This document shows, piece by piece, positions 1-15,576 of a DNA stretch of 64,000 bases (positions are counted from its first letter, which is position 1; every line of letters starts with the position of its first letter). The stretch spans positions 70,804,001 through 70,868,000 of the forward strand of contig OX597832.1 of NCBI GenBank assembly GCA_951406725.2, read 5' to 3'. The notes beneath the pieces were generated by a model. The model was given only the letters and a program-made list of their open reading frames with translations, was not told where the DNA came from and made no database searches. Origin of the DNA: Octopus vulgaris. Taxonomy: Eukaryota. The translations under genes and the position numbers were made by a program.

Positions 1-94
1 GATGGATAATTGATAGATTGACTGAGAGATAGTTTACAATATAAGCATGCATATGTATATTTATATATGCATGTATGTATGTGCATATATATGT

Positions 95-130
<36 letters not shown>

Positions 131-144
131 AACGTATGTGTATG

Positions 145-183
<39 letters not shown>

Positions 184-1024
184 ATAAGGTAGAGAGAGTG
201 GGGGAGAAAGAAGTGTAGAAATAATGAAAGAGACAACATCTAAAAAAGACATTGAAAAGGAGATGAAATATTTTAATATTTACAATGTTTTATAAATTAA
301 CATTTCGAATGTTGTGTAGGTGATGAGTTTACAGCTCTATTAAGTTGCATTAAATTTACAAGCTGTTATTCTCCTCCAAACTAAATAAACGATTAATACA
401 AACACTTAAGTGAAGTTTGAAGAGAAATTAATGATATCGTGTTAGAAAGAATAAAATAAACACCGACCAAATGTTGCTAATAATAACATTCAGCTTGAAT
501 TACATATGGCGTTCGGTGGGTTACATTTACTAGTCATCAACTTGTTTCATATGTTTCCAAACGACTTCATTAATGCATTATGCGTATATATATATATACA
601 TACATACAGAGAGAGACAGAGAGGGTATATGAGGTGTTTTCGTAAGGATGACTCAAACAAATAGGTATGAGTTCTGAGTTCTCAAATAGGTGTGCTGCCA
701 AACAGCGGTTTAAATTTTGATCGCGTGATTGTCTTGTTCAAAAACAGCTAGACGTAGCATTCCTTTTAGTCAGTAGGTATAAGATGAGGTGGTGAGGAAA
801 AACAAACAATTAATCAATGCATGACAAAGACATTTAATTTCATGTAATTCAATCTAAAATTCAGCTTATTCTCCAAAAGTCAATCGCATAGGAATGGCCA
901 TTGAAAAGGTATTTACACTGGCTGTGCACCAGCATGGCCACAGACTTTGGGTTGCAACACATAAGACATAACAGAAATAAAAGTCATATATATAGGTATA
1001 GAGCGTTTGAAGTGGTGTAAAGAC

Positions 1025-1072
<48 letters not shown>

Positions 1073-1399
1073 GAATTAAAAGATTGAACCTCCATAAAGT
1101 AATTCAATTAATACTGAAAGATATTATCTATACTATACTATAAATTTAAATACATTATTATTAAAATTGTATTAAAAATTTCTATACTAAATAATATCCA
1201 TTAAAAAAATTCACAATAAAACGACTTTATTATTAATATTTTGCTAAACATTTCTATACTTAATAATACACATTAAAAAAATAATGCACATTAAAAAAAT
1301 CCACATTAAAATGACAACGCACGTTTCGTGGCTATGTATACAAATCTACAATATCAAAATCCATACTCTCAAAAGTTAATATTCATTGATCCAACGATA

Positions 1400-1875
1400 G
1401 TCGGTGAGCTATTTTCCTCGAGCAATGGCCCCTTCTTGTATCGTATGAAGCAGGCTATTTTGCAAATCGGTAGAAGGCTTTAGGGTTTGTCTTTATATTT
1501 TTGACAGTTCTGGTTTCTTTCATTGCCCTCTCCTTTTCATGGGAGTGCTTGAGTTCCTTTCCGATCTCGGGTAATGTTTGTTTGAGACAGGATCGTTAGT
1601 TACCTTTTTGCAACCCAATTAGACGATTTGAGATTTTTTGCACGGCGTTGCATTAGAATCCTCCTATCCTTGGCAATTTCTTTGGCATTCTCTCTTTCGC
1701 AAACTTACTGCATATGTCATGCATGATCGTTATAAAGTGCTGTATCTTTAAGCCAATAGAGAGACTAGTAGACTAGTTTTGTTCCAAGATCTCTTTCTCA
1801 ATGCTTTTCCACTGAGCTTTACTTTATATCCTGCCATAGGTTGGTATATATAAAATTAGGTAGCGGAGGTTAAAT
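1400..1875 (-). mobile_element. Degenerate CR1/L2-type LINE ORF2 fragment (region between endonuclease and RT)
   Basis: Manual minus-strand translation gives EIGKELKHSHEKERAMKETRTVKNIKTNPKAFYRFAK*, matching the K.NPK.F motif of CR1-like ORF2; stops and frameshifts present. Confidence 0.65.
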
Positions 1876-1912
1876 CAATGTTCACACGACGTACTTGGCG
1901 ACACTACCAAAA

Positions 1913-1960
<48 letters not shown>

Positions 1961-2415
1961 ACTACCGACCACTACTCTATATAAGAGTTCGACTCGTCCA
2001 TTCTTCCAATCCTCCAGAGGTGTCGATGACTCGCACCACAACATTTTATGAAAGTTCAGGCTGGAGAGGGATTGGACACTTCTAGTAGCATACACGTTTG
2101 CAGTTTTCTGTTGGGTGGAGCACTATTTTTTGCATATTTGTACCTGTTTGTGAGATCAGGCAGAGACGCTGCTTGCTTCTGTTCATACAGTGATACACCT
2201 GAGAGAAGGCGGCCCTCATGCCATATGACATTAAAGAGGTTGAGGTCTCCACTTACTCCAATATATCAGATTCTAGAGTCATTTAGTCAGACTTTCAGTT
2301 AAGGTATTTGAGTTTCGAAATGCTAACTCAACGGACACTTATCCACCGATCTGTATAAGGACATACATATATGTGTGTGTGCGTTTGAATGTGTGTAGAT
2401 GTAAATATGTACTGT

Positions 2416-2586
<171 letters not shown>

Positions 2587-2720
2587 TTTACTTCACAGAA
2601 CAGTTTACCTCATTTTATCGCACGTTATCCTATGTTATTGTACATAGCCATTTCTGGCATTCCACGCGTAGTTGCGCCTAAATTCTTATAACTAATATAC
2701 ATGCATATATACATATATAT

Positions 2721-2786
<66 letters not shown>

Positions 2787-2814
2787 GGGGAGTATAAAAA
2801 GGTATCAGAGTATG

Positions 2815-3075
2815 AGCAGACCATCAGATGTTGTTATCGCCGATGACAATGCATTACGCGTTGCCTTAGCTTCTGAATGACGCCGATTCGCTGGCGAGGC
2901 GAGCAGGCCAGTATTCCTCTGATCAGAAGGCTGATCTGTCACGATGTTGCCTGTTAACAGCTGAGTGAACAGGACCAACACGAAGTGTTTTGCGCAAGAA
3001 CAACACACCACCTGGTCAGGAATCGAACCCAAAGCCTGGCGATCGTGACTACAATACGCTAACCACGAGCTTCTA
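2815..3075 (-). mobile_element. tRNA-derived SINE
   Basis: Minus strand has a B-box-like gggttcgattcc; the 3' part (catcagatgttg...gaatgacgcc) is shared with copies at 31229 and 33941. Confidence 0.6.
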
Positions 3076-3126
3076 AACTCACACACCCACACACACACAT
3101 ACATATATATGTAAGCGAACATTTTT

Positions 3127-3163
<37 letters not shown>

Positions 3164-3739
3164 TCTTGTATTTATGAGTGTGAGTATGCGCGCGCGTGTG
3201 TGTGTATGTAGTATATGTATACAGATATGTATTTATGCATGCATTTATATATGTTAATATCACTTGGTTCGTTAATGAATTTATTGAAAAGCAACAAAAC
3301 CATTTCCTAGCGGTGAGTCTCGCTACACTAAACAGAACGAAATTTACTGATATCAGTCGTTTGACTTGGGACGTGGGTTTTACATCTCACTCCACAACAA
3401 AACGGCTTATTCAACCAATTAAATAAACCGTTAAGAGCATGATATGAATTATATAACATTATATCATATTATATGATATTATATTAATATTAATAATATG
3501 GTAACCTTTCTGGCGTTTCAGCTGGAAACGTCATCAGTTTTCGCGGCTTAATTAAGTTTCCATGCCAAGGATGATATTCCGCATCTCATAAGATTCTTAA
3601 TATAAATTTGATCATTGAAACAATGGCTCATTGCCAAAAGTGGTGGAACTGCTCTAACTCTAAGAGAATAATCCTTCAAGAATCTTCTCTTTAGATTTTC
3701 CTTATACTTCAATTGGAGGAATTTGAGACGGAGATATAT

Positions 3740-3955
3740 TTGTTTCGAATTATGGCACTAGGTCAGCAAGTTCCGGGGGAGGAATAAGTTTCTAACATCG
3801 ACCTCAGTACTCAGCTGGTATGTATTTTATCGACCCCGAAAAAATGAAAAGCAAAGTCGACCTCGGCGGAATTTGAACTTAAAACGTAGCGACGTATGAT
3901 ATACCGCTAAACATTTCATCCAACGTACTAACGATTCTGCCAGCTCACCGACTTA
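3740..3955 (-). mobile_element. tRNA-derived SINE with Nin/Deu-like central domain
   Basis: ttttatcgaccccgaa...aaagtcgacctcggcggaatttgaac; related diverged copies near 5030-5165, 35455-35590 and 62590-62830. Confidence 0.6.
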
Positions 3956-5445
3956 CCATTGTTTACTATTGAGCTCAATCTGATCGTTTAGTGTTTCAGG
4001 AATTTTTCCAAATGAATCCTAATATAGAGAAGATGAGGTATTTAGGTCTTGTGGAGGGAGGGTTGTTTGTTTTAATGTTTTGAATGACCGGACCAAACAC
4101 GTCAAAATACACATTCTTCATATTCTGTATTTTGCAAGAAAATTCATTTGGGTTTCTGATATTTTCAGCAACAATTTATCTTCGCAGAGAAAAAAATCCC
4201 TTATTTTTACTGAAAGAAGTTCGCTTACTTAATAAGGATTTCAGTTTGTTTTTTTTATTTTTTTCGCATCTAATGTAACATACTTGACTCGCTGAATAAT
4301 ATTACGAAAGTGAATTGCTGCTAGAATTTTCCGTCAAAATAAAACCCACAAATGAATGTGGATAACATTTTTGAAAGCTGCTTAAAGTTTTAATTGTTCC
4401 CCGGATTTCGAGTCAGGGAGAAAAAAAGGGACGTAATTGTTTTTTACGGGTCTGCAATGTGAGCTGCGAAGTGATTAACACTTTCAACTCTGGTTAATCA
4501 TCGAGTATCGACGCAATAAAGCTCCAACGTATTCTTGCTGTCTTGGAGAACTACTTTTGAATATATTATTGAGATCTAAAGAAAGACTTAAATTCTTTGC
4601 AACATTCAGTTACATTAATTCCACATAAGATGACACTATGGCAAGAGAAAAACATAAAAGAAAACAAAAGGAAAACAATCCAAAGAAGAATTGGATTCAC
4701 ATAAAATTGGTTGGCATTCATGAGAGCCAACAAGCATGTCATGTTTCTTATCATAACCTTCATCACAAGCTCAAAATAATTTTTATGATTTAAGACTTTC
4801 ATTTTTCCACTCAAATATTTCGTTTTACCACTGGATGAAACCTCTACAATTGCTACCTTAATTTTGCTGGTTATCGATCTACGGCCCTTGAAACCCTTAT
4901 GGTTTATCTCTGCTACCAACACGGAGAAGCCCCAACATGATTTTTTAAATGCTGGTTGTGGAACCACCAGTCCATGCACCTAGGCAACATGGCGTTCGAT
5001 AGTCTAAAAATTTTGCCAACCTACCAGAATCGAGTGGTATTTTATTTATTGGAAGATTAAAAGGCAAGGTGACCTTGGCAGAAGTTGAACCCAGAGTGTA
5101 GAGAGCCGAGAGCAATGCTGCAAAGTATTCTATTTGATGCTGTGGCAACTGTGCAGATTCACCGCTATGTCTTTTCAGCTATCAGTTATTAATCTGGCGA
5201 CATCATGGCCTTTCTTTTGAAGAATTGTTTTTCGAAATATGCGATGAGAAGAAGAGAATGAAATACGCTGAGCTGGGGGTGCTATGCTGAAAAAAACTTG
5301 GTGGAAAATAAGATAGGGCCCCATTGAGAGGAGATACAGAGGCTTTGCAGACCAGTCCCTTTGCAAAGCTGACAAGCGGCCAGTTGGTAATGGTTACAGA
5401 AGCAATAGAGGTTGTTTCAAGGTGTCGGTCAATCAGGTTCTGTGA

Positions 5446-7347
5446 ATGCGGGAAGGGGTAAAATTATTTGGGTTAGGACTAACTGGACACAGATCCTTCA
5501 AGATCGACTGCAATGAAAAATATGCCTCCCCCGAAAATATTACAACGTTACAAGCGTTCTTGGGGCTCGCAAACTACTACCAAACATATATACATGAGCT
5601 AAGAACACCCCTAAACAACTTATTGAAAAAACACGTTATTGGTTGGACAGGTGCCAAAAAGCGTTGGAAGAAATTTAAAACGTTTTAACATCGGAACTGT
5701 GATTATCGCACTTTGACCCAAATTTTAAAATAATAGTAGCATTAGATGCTAGCGAAAGTGGTATAGGAGCGGTAATTTTACACAAGTATGAAAATAGTAG
5801 CCTAAACCCCATCGCTCAGTCTTCACGTTCATTGTTGGCGGCTGAAAAAAACTACAGTCAAATTGAGGCGTCATTAGCCATTATTTTCTCGGTGAAAAAT
5901 TTCACAAATTCATACACGGAGAGAAATTCAGTATGCAGACAGATCACCGCCCATTGTTGTCAATTTACTATTAGATAATACCCTTCATTTAACGGTCCAG
6001 CGAAGTTTATGTGTAATCTGGACCAAGGTATGTCAGTTTTGGACCAAGGCTGGATTCTTTTATAGGAGGTGCTTTTGCTGCCAGGGCAAACCTCTGAAGG
6101 CTTTCACCAATTTTTCAATATCCTGATCCATATTCGGCCAGTAAACATAGCTTCTCATCAATGCTTTCAGTCTCGCGATTCCTGGATGTTCCATGTGGAA
6201 TTCTTTTAACGTACAATTTTGCAAAGAAACAGGTATTATAACCCTCTGAGCATACATAAGTATGTTATCACATGTCGAATACCATTTCAAAGCTGTGTTA
6301 CGCTCAGCTACATGAGTTTTCGTATGTTTCTGACTTCACTATTTTTTTCATTTTTATTATGAACACATACTTCTCTGCTTTAATTTATATTTCCTCTAAA
6401 GTGACAGGTAGTTCATGTACTACATTGCAGAGTATATTTTTTTATTTCGATTTCAGCTTTTAATGCCGATGTTACTGTGACCTCTAATGATTCATTGTAT
6501 TTAAGCATCAATCTTGACAGCCCATCCGCATATCCCAGTTTTTTCGATGGTAGAAATTCCATCTTAAAGTCATAATTTAGCAGGATCGTCCCCCAGCGCT
6601 GCAATCGACAAATTACTACCGGGAAGAAAAGGAAAAAATGGAGAGAAACGCAAAAAATAAGATAAAATACTTCAAAATCAATGACAAGGTGTTTTTTAAA
6701 ATATACAGAAATGGAAAGGAAAGTTAGGAAGAATGTATAAGTAAAAGTTTAGGAAAAGTAATGTACATGGTAAAAGGTCATATGTGGGAAGACAAAAGAC
6801 ATTTAAACCAACTGACAAAAGGTTTACGGAAGAAAGAATAAGACATGAAGAACCAATGGAATTTCTTTATGACATTTTTGACTGGTACCTCAAGGAATAG
6901 TCGAACCAATGAGTGCATCGACTACGAAAAGAATATAAACAGAACTTTTGCGATATTTTAATTTCTTCCTGGGGAATTAAGTAAAAAAAATGGGGAGAGG
7001 TGGTAATAAATATGTAATAAATAAAAGAAAAATATTGACTTCTAAAGAAAGTCAAGCTCAAAAAGGGGAGATGTTGTGGTGAAATCCTGACACATGGTGG
7101 TATAGCAAGTTTACTGCCCTTATAGAGGCGCATGCATTACTGACAGTGTGAGATACATTGTGGTGTATGCATTTGCATTTGTGGAGGAGAGTCGTAGAAG
7201 TCATTAAGAAGAGATATAAGTTTGATACGTGTTTGTTACTAATTTAGATTTGTAGTGTTATAACACTGTTACGCTATAGTCTATATCCAAACTCAAAGAT
7301 ATAAGATTGCCCATCTTTTATACCAAGACAAAAGATATAAAATAACA
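5446..7347 (+). mobile_element. Degenerate Ty3/Gypsy LTR retrotransposon remnant (RT end, RNase H, inverted integrase part, PPT, 3' LTR)
   Basis: + strand LQAFLGLANYY, then DASESGIGAVILH and EKNYSQIE (RNase H); - strand LKEFHMEHPGIARLKALMRSYVYWPNMDQDIE (integrase zinc-binding region); PPT aaaaaggggaga at 7060-7071. Confidence 0.85.
7072..7347 (+). repeat. Putative 3' LTR (TGTT...AACA)
   Basis: Starts TGTTGT right after the polypurine tract and ends ATAACA; about 276 bp. Confidence 0.65.
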
Positions 7348-8019
7348 CTTTCAATCAGTTAGGATCAGAGCCACTGCCTGATACTCCATCAGGGCATTTA
7401 TTATTACTACTACTACTACTACAAATCAGTTATTAATTATAATGATAAATTATTGTCATAGTCAGCTCCTAACAATAACACGCAACTTAATGATTTCATT
7501 CTCACGCGCCTTATACTTGTATCAGTCTAATCACTCTATATACGCAGGCGCACCATGGCCGAATGATTAAGGTGATTACATCGCAACCAGAAAGTTCCGC
7601 GTTCGATGAGGCATCTTAAGAAAATATCATTTTCTATGTACTTCAATCGACCAATACTTTGTGACAGAGAAAACTGTAGAGAAGCCCGCCGGATTAATCT
7701 TCTAATTGAAAAATTACAACTTGTGATACTGATTCTGGCAGAGGATAACGTTAAGGGTGCTTGCGTCTGTGGAATACTCAACCACTTACACGTTAATTCA
7801 CGAGCAGATAATTCAGTTAATCAACAAATTAATCTTCATCGTCGAACGACTGAGATCCACCACCATATTATTTCAAAGGTCACTAAATAAAGAAAGCTGT
7901 TTTGAACATTGTGCGTATCGGCAAACTATCCGAGCGCGCACGTGCGTGTATGTGTACATTATGTATGCATATGCATGAATGTATGTATGCATGCATGTAT
8001 GTATAGATGTATTCATAGG

Positions 8020-8290
8020 TACTGGCATGGCCATGTACTTGAGGAGTTCGCTTCTCAATTCCATGGCTTCCCGGTTCAGTCCCATAGCACGGCAAAATGC
8101 GAAACTGAATCTTGACCCACCAATGATTATGAATGAATTTGGCTGACAGAAATTGTGGGTAATTCCGTCGTTGCCATAGTAACGAAGCTAAAGCATGCAG
8201 AGTGAAGCCGCTTGGCAAAAATTGACCTTGAACTCTGCTATCAAAAGCCATGGGAGACACTATCTGGTACTGCATCAGGGCCTTGGAAAG
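8020..8290 (+). mobile_element. Diverged tRNA-derived SINE
   Basis: Head ...ccatggcttcccggttcagtcccatagcacggc resembles the head of the SINE at 47733-48146. Confidence 0.45.
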
Positions 8291-8677
8291 GAAAATAAGG
8301 GTAGAAGTGAACGTTTTGTCTTCTAGCCAATTTGCTGAAAGATGGATGAAAGTGGCGAAAATGGAGAGAGCGAACGGGCCTGTCCTGAGCATGTGCCTGT
8401 GGGTGGACAAAAAGGAAAGGAAAAAAGGCATCTGCTCCGAAAGTCAGGGTATACATGGATTTTTTTCTGCGGGTTTTCCATGAGCAGTCTTCGAATGTCT
8501 TCTCCCTATTGAGGCTCACATATTGCTGAATTCTAAAATTTTGTTGGTCTTGTTTACACGAAAAACCCACGCAACAACACACACTCACACACATACACAA
8601 CACACACATTCTTTGCTTTTTCCATGCCATCCATGTTTTTCTTAATGTAAACCCTTGTGGTTAATAAAGAAATCATT

Positions 8678-8709
8678 AGCAGCAGCAGCACCAGCAGCAG
8701 CACCAGCAC

Positions 8710-8784
<75 letters not shown>

Positions 8785-8854
8785 CAGCGGCAGCAGCGGC
8801 AGTAGCGGCAGCAGCGGCAGCGGCAGCAGCAGCACAAGCAGCACAAGCAGCACA

Positions 8855-8889
<35 letters not shown>

Positions 8890-8910
8890 TAGTAGCAGCA
8901 GCAGCAGTAG
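8678..8910. repeat. Compound (AGC)n/(AGT)n triplet repeat
   Basis: Directly visible; source of the poly-S/A/V/L ORFs. Confidence 0.9.
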
Positions 8911-9608
8911 TAAATGATGATAATGATTTCTTCTAACAAACTTCGTTTCTTTGTCATCAGTACCATATTAAACATCGTTACCAATAACCATTATCATAAT
9001 GGTCGACTTAATCGGAGCCATTATTTCGAAAATGAGATATTGGTGTATTTTTTCGGTGCAACCTCAAAACAAGAATCGTCAAGAAACTCTACGATGAATT
9101 ATCTTTCATTTGAGTCACGAACTAATTAAAAGCATAACGAATTCTATGGCTGACATGCATGTTTCAACCGAGGATATACATACGTACGTATTAATATCAC
9201 TTATATATAGGTACATACATGCATACGTACGTACATACACACTCATACATCACAAAGACGTACATTGGTACAAATATATTTACACAGATCATTTACACAT
9301 AGATACATACATAGAAATGAACAGAGGCATACGCATAAACTCGAGTAAGTGTAACCATAGATGTGTACGTATGCTGCGTGCGTGTGTATGTATTTGTATA
9401 CATCTATGTCTATATGTATCTTGTGTACATATGCATATATGTATGTATATGTATATATACATACATAGATATATATATTTATACATATATATATATATAT
9501 ACGTATATACATATATATGTATATGCACACACACATATATATATACATACCAACTTTCTCACCCATATAAATATATATATGTGTGTGTGTGTGAATATAT
9601 GTTTATGT

Positions 9609-9665
<57 letters not shown>

Positions 9666-10597
9666 TATATGTGTATGTGTCTATATTTATATATGGGTGT
9701 GTGTGTATATGTACATTGATGTGGGTGTAGCTTCTGTTTATTAATGTGTGTATATTTCTACAACATATTTTCAGCTAGAAAGCATATATAACGTCTATGT
9801 ATTTATTATACACGTTTCAATATTTATTTCTTTATATCTATGTATGCATAACTAGACACACAGAATAAACACTCGAACACAAGGGCACACACACACACAC
9901 GCATATAAGGATGCAACACATCAATTGGTTTCTTATTTTATTCTTCATAACCTCCTTACCTTTTAGTCTTTTTCGTTCTCTTTCCCCCTCTTACTCTCTC
10001 ACTCTCTTTTTCTCTCTCCTCCCTCTGCTAATATACATGTACCATATAAATAGACATACTACAAAGACACGTGAGAGAAAGAAAGAGAGAGAATATGATA
10101 TAAGTAATATACAGAGGCACGCATGTATCTTTCTAATTATCTGCCATATTTAATGAAATATCGACTCTCTGCTTAATAGCAAGAATATTAGTTTGCATGC
10201 GATGATGCCTGTTGCATGCAAGCTGATACACAAATCTGTTCTTGATAGCGTTCCTGTTGTTTAGAACGCTTTTGCCGTTCTTGTTGTTGGTGGTGTTGTT
10301 GTTTTCGCTGTTGAGATTTTTCTGTTTTTTTTCTTTTTAGTCAACATTTTCACCAGCAACATTAAGAACGCAGAAACGCACAGATCTCACGTAAATGTAT
10401 TTGCTATATCGCGAGGGCGGCGGCTGACATGAAATGCCGTTGGAAAATTAGCATGAAATAAAGTTGATAGTATAGTGATAAATGCATCCGTATTTATTCG
10501 TATGTATATATAAATGAGTGTGTAAATATATACATAGATATATCTGTGTATATTCCATTTTTCGCACATACATACAAATATTCGTACATATGTCTGT

Positions 10598-10657
<60 letters not shown>

Positions 10658-11247
10658 TCTTATAAACATGCACATATGGATGTATAAGTTTGCATATTTG
10701 TATGTATATATCAACGAACATACAAACATATACATATATACATATATACACGCATATGTGTATGTCTGTATGCACATATATTTATATATAAATATATACA
10801 TACATATTTATGTGTGTGTGTATAAGCATCAAGTGTGTATGTACGTAGACATGTATAAATATGTGTGGGAATATGTATGTACATATATGTATGTATATGT
10901 GTGCGCGTGTGTATGTGTATACGCATACACACACACGTTTGGTGTGTATAGCGAAAGACATCAGTTATTAGGTCAGTCTATTGCTGGTCAGAATTTAGTT
11001 TTCGGTAGACTAGAGAAATATATTGAAAAAATATAGTGACAAAACACTAATTATACTAAATCTTATTCATCTCAGCCATCGAAGCGAGAGTTGTATGGGC
11101 TGCTGTTGCTGGTTTTCGTTACTGTGATACAAAGGGGATCTTTCAAACCTTGCGTATGATTGTCAGCCGGTAACTATCATATATGTATAGTTTTTTTATT
11201 AAACTTTATTATGTGGTTTTTCAAGGTGGTTTTTACGCTGGCCCCTA

Positions 11248-12410
11248 TTGCATATGCAGGTTCAAGGTGCAGCCATTGGTGTAGGTATAGCTGGAGATGT
11301 GGCTGGCCTCTTCATGACCTGGTGGGACAGAAAATTTAAACAAATGTTAGCAGAACAGTCCACAACTCTTCTATTCTACAGTAGATATGTAGATGACATA
11401 AACATAATAGTTAGGACCAACTCTAGTGACGGTAATGTAGAGACTGAGAAGAACATAATGGAGAGCATCCAGCAAATAGCTAACTCCATTCACCAAAGTA
11501 TCAAGGTAACTATAGATTATCCCACTAAGAACCCTAACAATAGACTCCCTGTACTTGATACTAAACTTTGGTTAGAGAATGTGAACAATAGAGTGCAGCT
11601 CCTCCACTCTTATTACAGGAAACCTGTAACTTCAAAATATGTTGTTCACAAAAACTCAGCTTTGTCACACAACATGAAAATTAACATACTAATAGCAGAC
11701 CTAGTTAGAATAATGAACAATGTGCCCCCACTATGCTACCCTATGAAATGAAGAAACATATACAGAACTTCATACACTGCATGCAGTTCTCTGGATATGA
11801 TCAGAAAGATAGGGTTCGTGTATACAGGGGGGCTAGAAAGAAATTAGATAACATTATACGTAATGATACCAGTGGCACCTGCCCTAGATATAGAAACAAA
11901 GAATGGAATAGAATACAAAGAACTTGTGACAAAGCAAACAGGACGAACACGTGGTATAAAACCGACAAATATCAAGGAGTGATGTTTGTAGAGGTCACAG
12001 CCCATGGAGAACTAGCCCGTAGATTTAGAAAAGCTCTGAAGGAGACCAAACTCAGCATAAAAATTGTTGAAAAATGCATGGTATGTAGAATTAGCCCTGG
12101 TATTAACTGTAGAACTCGAAACGTAGTTTACAGCATAAGATGCATAGAAGGTGCTTGTAGGGACATGAACATGATGTACAAAAGGGGAGACGTCTAGGAG
12201 CATTGTGGAACGGATAAATGAACATCTAAGACAATATGACGACAGAAAACAGTCCTCCATACTCTACTAACATGCCAAAGACCACCATGGAGGTAACTTG
12301 GGTCAACTTGACATCCGCATCTTATCCAAGCACCCAAAAGACCCAACACTCAGACAAATACGGGAGTACGTCCTTATAAATGAAACCGCCCCAATATTAA
12401 ATAGGAAATA
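11248..12410 (+). pseudogene. Penelope-like element RT + GIY-YIG endonuclease, 5'-truncated and frameshifted
   Basis: QVQGAAIG, YSRYVDDINII, LPVLDTKL, YYRKPVT, then CMVC...NCRTRNVVYSIRC...MYK and ERINEHLR across three frames. Confidence 0.85.
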
Positions 12411-13359
12411 TACACAATAAATACCATACCTCCATACCCACAGTTTACGCAGGTAGAATAGAATAGTTAGTGGACTGTCAGGTAGACAAATGTATGTATG
12501 TGGGTGTGAGTGTGTATGTATGCCTTTTTTTATATTTTTATTTTTTAATCATTATTATTTTTTATTTTTTATCTCTGTATGTAAGCATTTAGATATGTAA
12601 TTAAACAGATCTATATACAGATGGATAGACTATATGACTATATGAACAGACACATATGGAGACACGGATCCACACATATAAAGATACACATCCATACATA
12701 CAAACATGGTACATAGTTACATAACACACACACACACAGACATGCACACACAAGGAGACAGAGGTGCATACATATACAAACACATGCTCACATACACATA
12801 CATAGAAAATACACAAACACGGACAGGCAAGCACATAAATATGCAGGATACGTACATACAGATGCACACACATACATATATATGCATACACACACATGTA
12901 TACATACATACACATGCAAATACACACACACACATACATACGTACATGAATGCATGTATAGGCACGCACACATACTGACCCACTGACCCACACGCATGCG
13001 CACAAACAAACAAAAGGGAACGCAGTGTAAATAACGGACAGAGTCAAAACTATTGAACATTTTAGAAAATAAAAATAAGAAATAAGTGGAAATTTTACCG
13101 GTGAGTGTGTTAAATAATAAGGTACTAAAAGAGAATGACTCTCCCCAGACACAACAGAATATGCTTCAACACACGAACTCATATAAAGAATCTTGCAAAC
13201 CAAATCCAAAAACGAAATATATATATATATATATATTGTCTGGTTTACAAAGCCACATCAGACGCCATGATGGATCTAAGGTGTAGGTACAAGAGGTGGT
13301 CAGACTGTATAAGGAGTCGACAACATCAAATACATACATACATACATACATAATACATA

Positions 13360-13443
<84 letters not shown>

Positions 13444-13464
13444 AATACACTATATACATACATA

Positions 13465-13945
13465 CATAGGAGGTGTATTCCACAAGTTTAGAGACGTTTT
13501 AGAAGAGGCAGTTATAACTGTCTGAGATTAATATATGTCTAATAAACCAACCTACCAACTTTTGTAACTCCATATTAACAGAGACAGCGGCAACATCACT
13601 TTGAATCCACCTTGCTAAACTCTGCTGGTCACAGCTGACTATTTTACAGAGAGGTGTCTGGTCGCGAAGACAATTTCGAAGCTGGTTATGCATTACATGT
13701 TTTTGTGTCAAAACGCCGAAAAACGTTTAAGAAAATTATGAAAGACTCCCCACTGATCTTGGATTAACTTTTATGAACCAAGTCTCCGTTTTTCGCTGCC
13801 CCAAGAGGTTTAATAACTGTACAGAAAAGATGAGAGACGATGAGAGATATAGGAGGGAGCAAGAGGTCAGAGCCACAGAACTGGTTGAGATAAAGCGTAA
13901 TTTTCTAGATGAAGATCGTCGTGGGTCTATAAAGACAATATGCAA
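13465..13945 (+). mobile_element. Mariner transposon 5' remnant
   Basis: VFRCPKRFNNCTEKMRDDERYRREQEVRATELVEIKRNFLDEDRRGSIKTI resembles the mariner HTH/DDERSGRP region; TIR-like gaggtgtattccacaagtttagagac at the start. Confidence 0.65.
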
Positions 13946-13948
13946 ACT

Positions 13949-13981
<33 letters not shown>

Positions 13982-14860
13982 GTATGCATGTTTTTATGGA
14001 TGGATTTATGTACGTGTGTGCGTGTGTGTGTGTGTATGGTATTTTGCATTTTTTCCGTTGATATTCGTGCAAACTTGATAAGTATCCGCACCAAATTCAC
14101 ACAATCTATCAAAAAGCTCCCACGAAATTCAAATCATTATCAAAGTCTTCTTTTCCATCAATTTTGATTGTTTTTTCCTCCTATTTTTTTTATTATTGAT
14201 TCTCCGTTTGCTTCTCTTTCGCTCAAATCTAATGTTTTAATCTTCAACATTTTAATTTTGTGTATCATACAATCATTCCTTGCAACAAATATTCCGTTTT
14301 AATGTTGCACCAACACAACATATGCGACAACAACAAGAAGAGCCACAACAACAAGTACAATACTTTGGCTGCCTGTCATCAACCATCAAGACAGAATCGC
14401 TTCCCTCGCTGCTGCATTCTTTCCATCTTTTGTTGTTTTCGTTGTTGTTTTTATTTTGGTAATGCTAATCACTGAATTCTTTATTCCGTTTCAGTAATTC
14501 TTGATTTCTGTGGAATGGTGAAATTAGTTTGGTTTGCATATGGATATTTATTTGCATACGTTTATGTATAACATGTCTGTTAGTCTATGGAGGCAACTCT
14601 GTACACACACACACGCACACAGACACATACGTACATAACTGCATACATACATATATACATACATAACTGCATACATATACACATAATTGTGTATGTGTTT
14701 GTGTATGTATGTCTATGTATATACGTGTGTGCGTTTTTATGTGTACGTATGTATGTTTATATGTATGTACACATGTTTACATATATGTATAAATATATAT
14801 ATATATATCATATATATATACGTATATTTATACATTTGTGCATAAGTGTGTACGTCTGTT

Positions 14861-14892
<32 letters not shown>

Positions 14893-14925
14893 CATAGAGA
14901 CATATAGACACACATATACGCATAA

Positions 14926-14987
<62 letters not shown>

Positions 14988-15283
14988 CACGCATATACGC
15001 ACAAAGAGACGGAAAGACACACACACACAGATGTATGTCCATGTATATATATGCGTCATTATGCACGCGTGTGTGTGTGTGTCAGTGTGTTTGATGTGTG
15101 CGTGCGCGGTTCTGTCTCTACATCTGCCAATTTGTATGAATTCTATTTACGTGTTTATATATTAGTATCTTTGTGGTGTATACATACATAGGTATATATA
15201 TGTATGTGCATATCTATATATATATATAGAGAGAGAGAGGGGGGGAAAAAGAAAGAATCAGACAGACAGACCGACAGACCGAC

Positions 15284-15316
<33 letters not shown>

Positions 15317-15375
15317 TGCAAAGAGAGAGCGAGAGACTGAGATAGGTATTTTATGCGTGTGCGTGTGTGTCTATA

Positions 15376-15425
<50 letters not shown>

Positions 15426-15471
15426 CACATATATATAGAGAGAGAGAGAGACGCACACACACATAGATAGA

Positions 15472-15502
<31 letters not shown>

Positions 15503-15517
15503 GCATATGTTTATGTA

Positions 15518-15576
<59 letters not shown>

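Noticed and set aside
8554-8984. Poly-Ser/Ala/Leu ORFs (also 21351-21708, 40413-41032 and 44501-44824)
   Set aside because: Triplet repeats open in several frames on both strands; no splice or domain context
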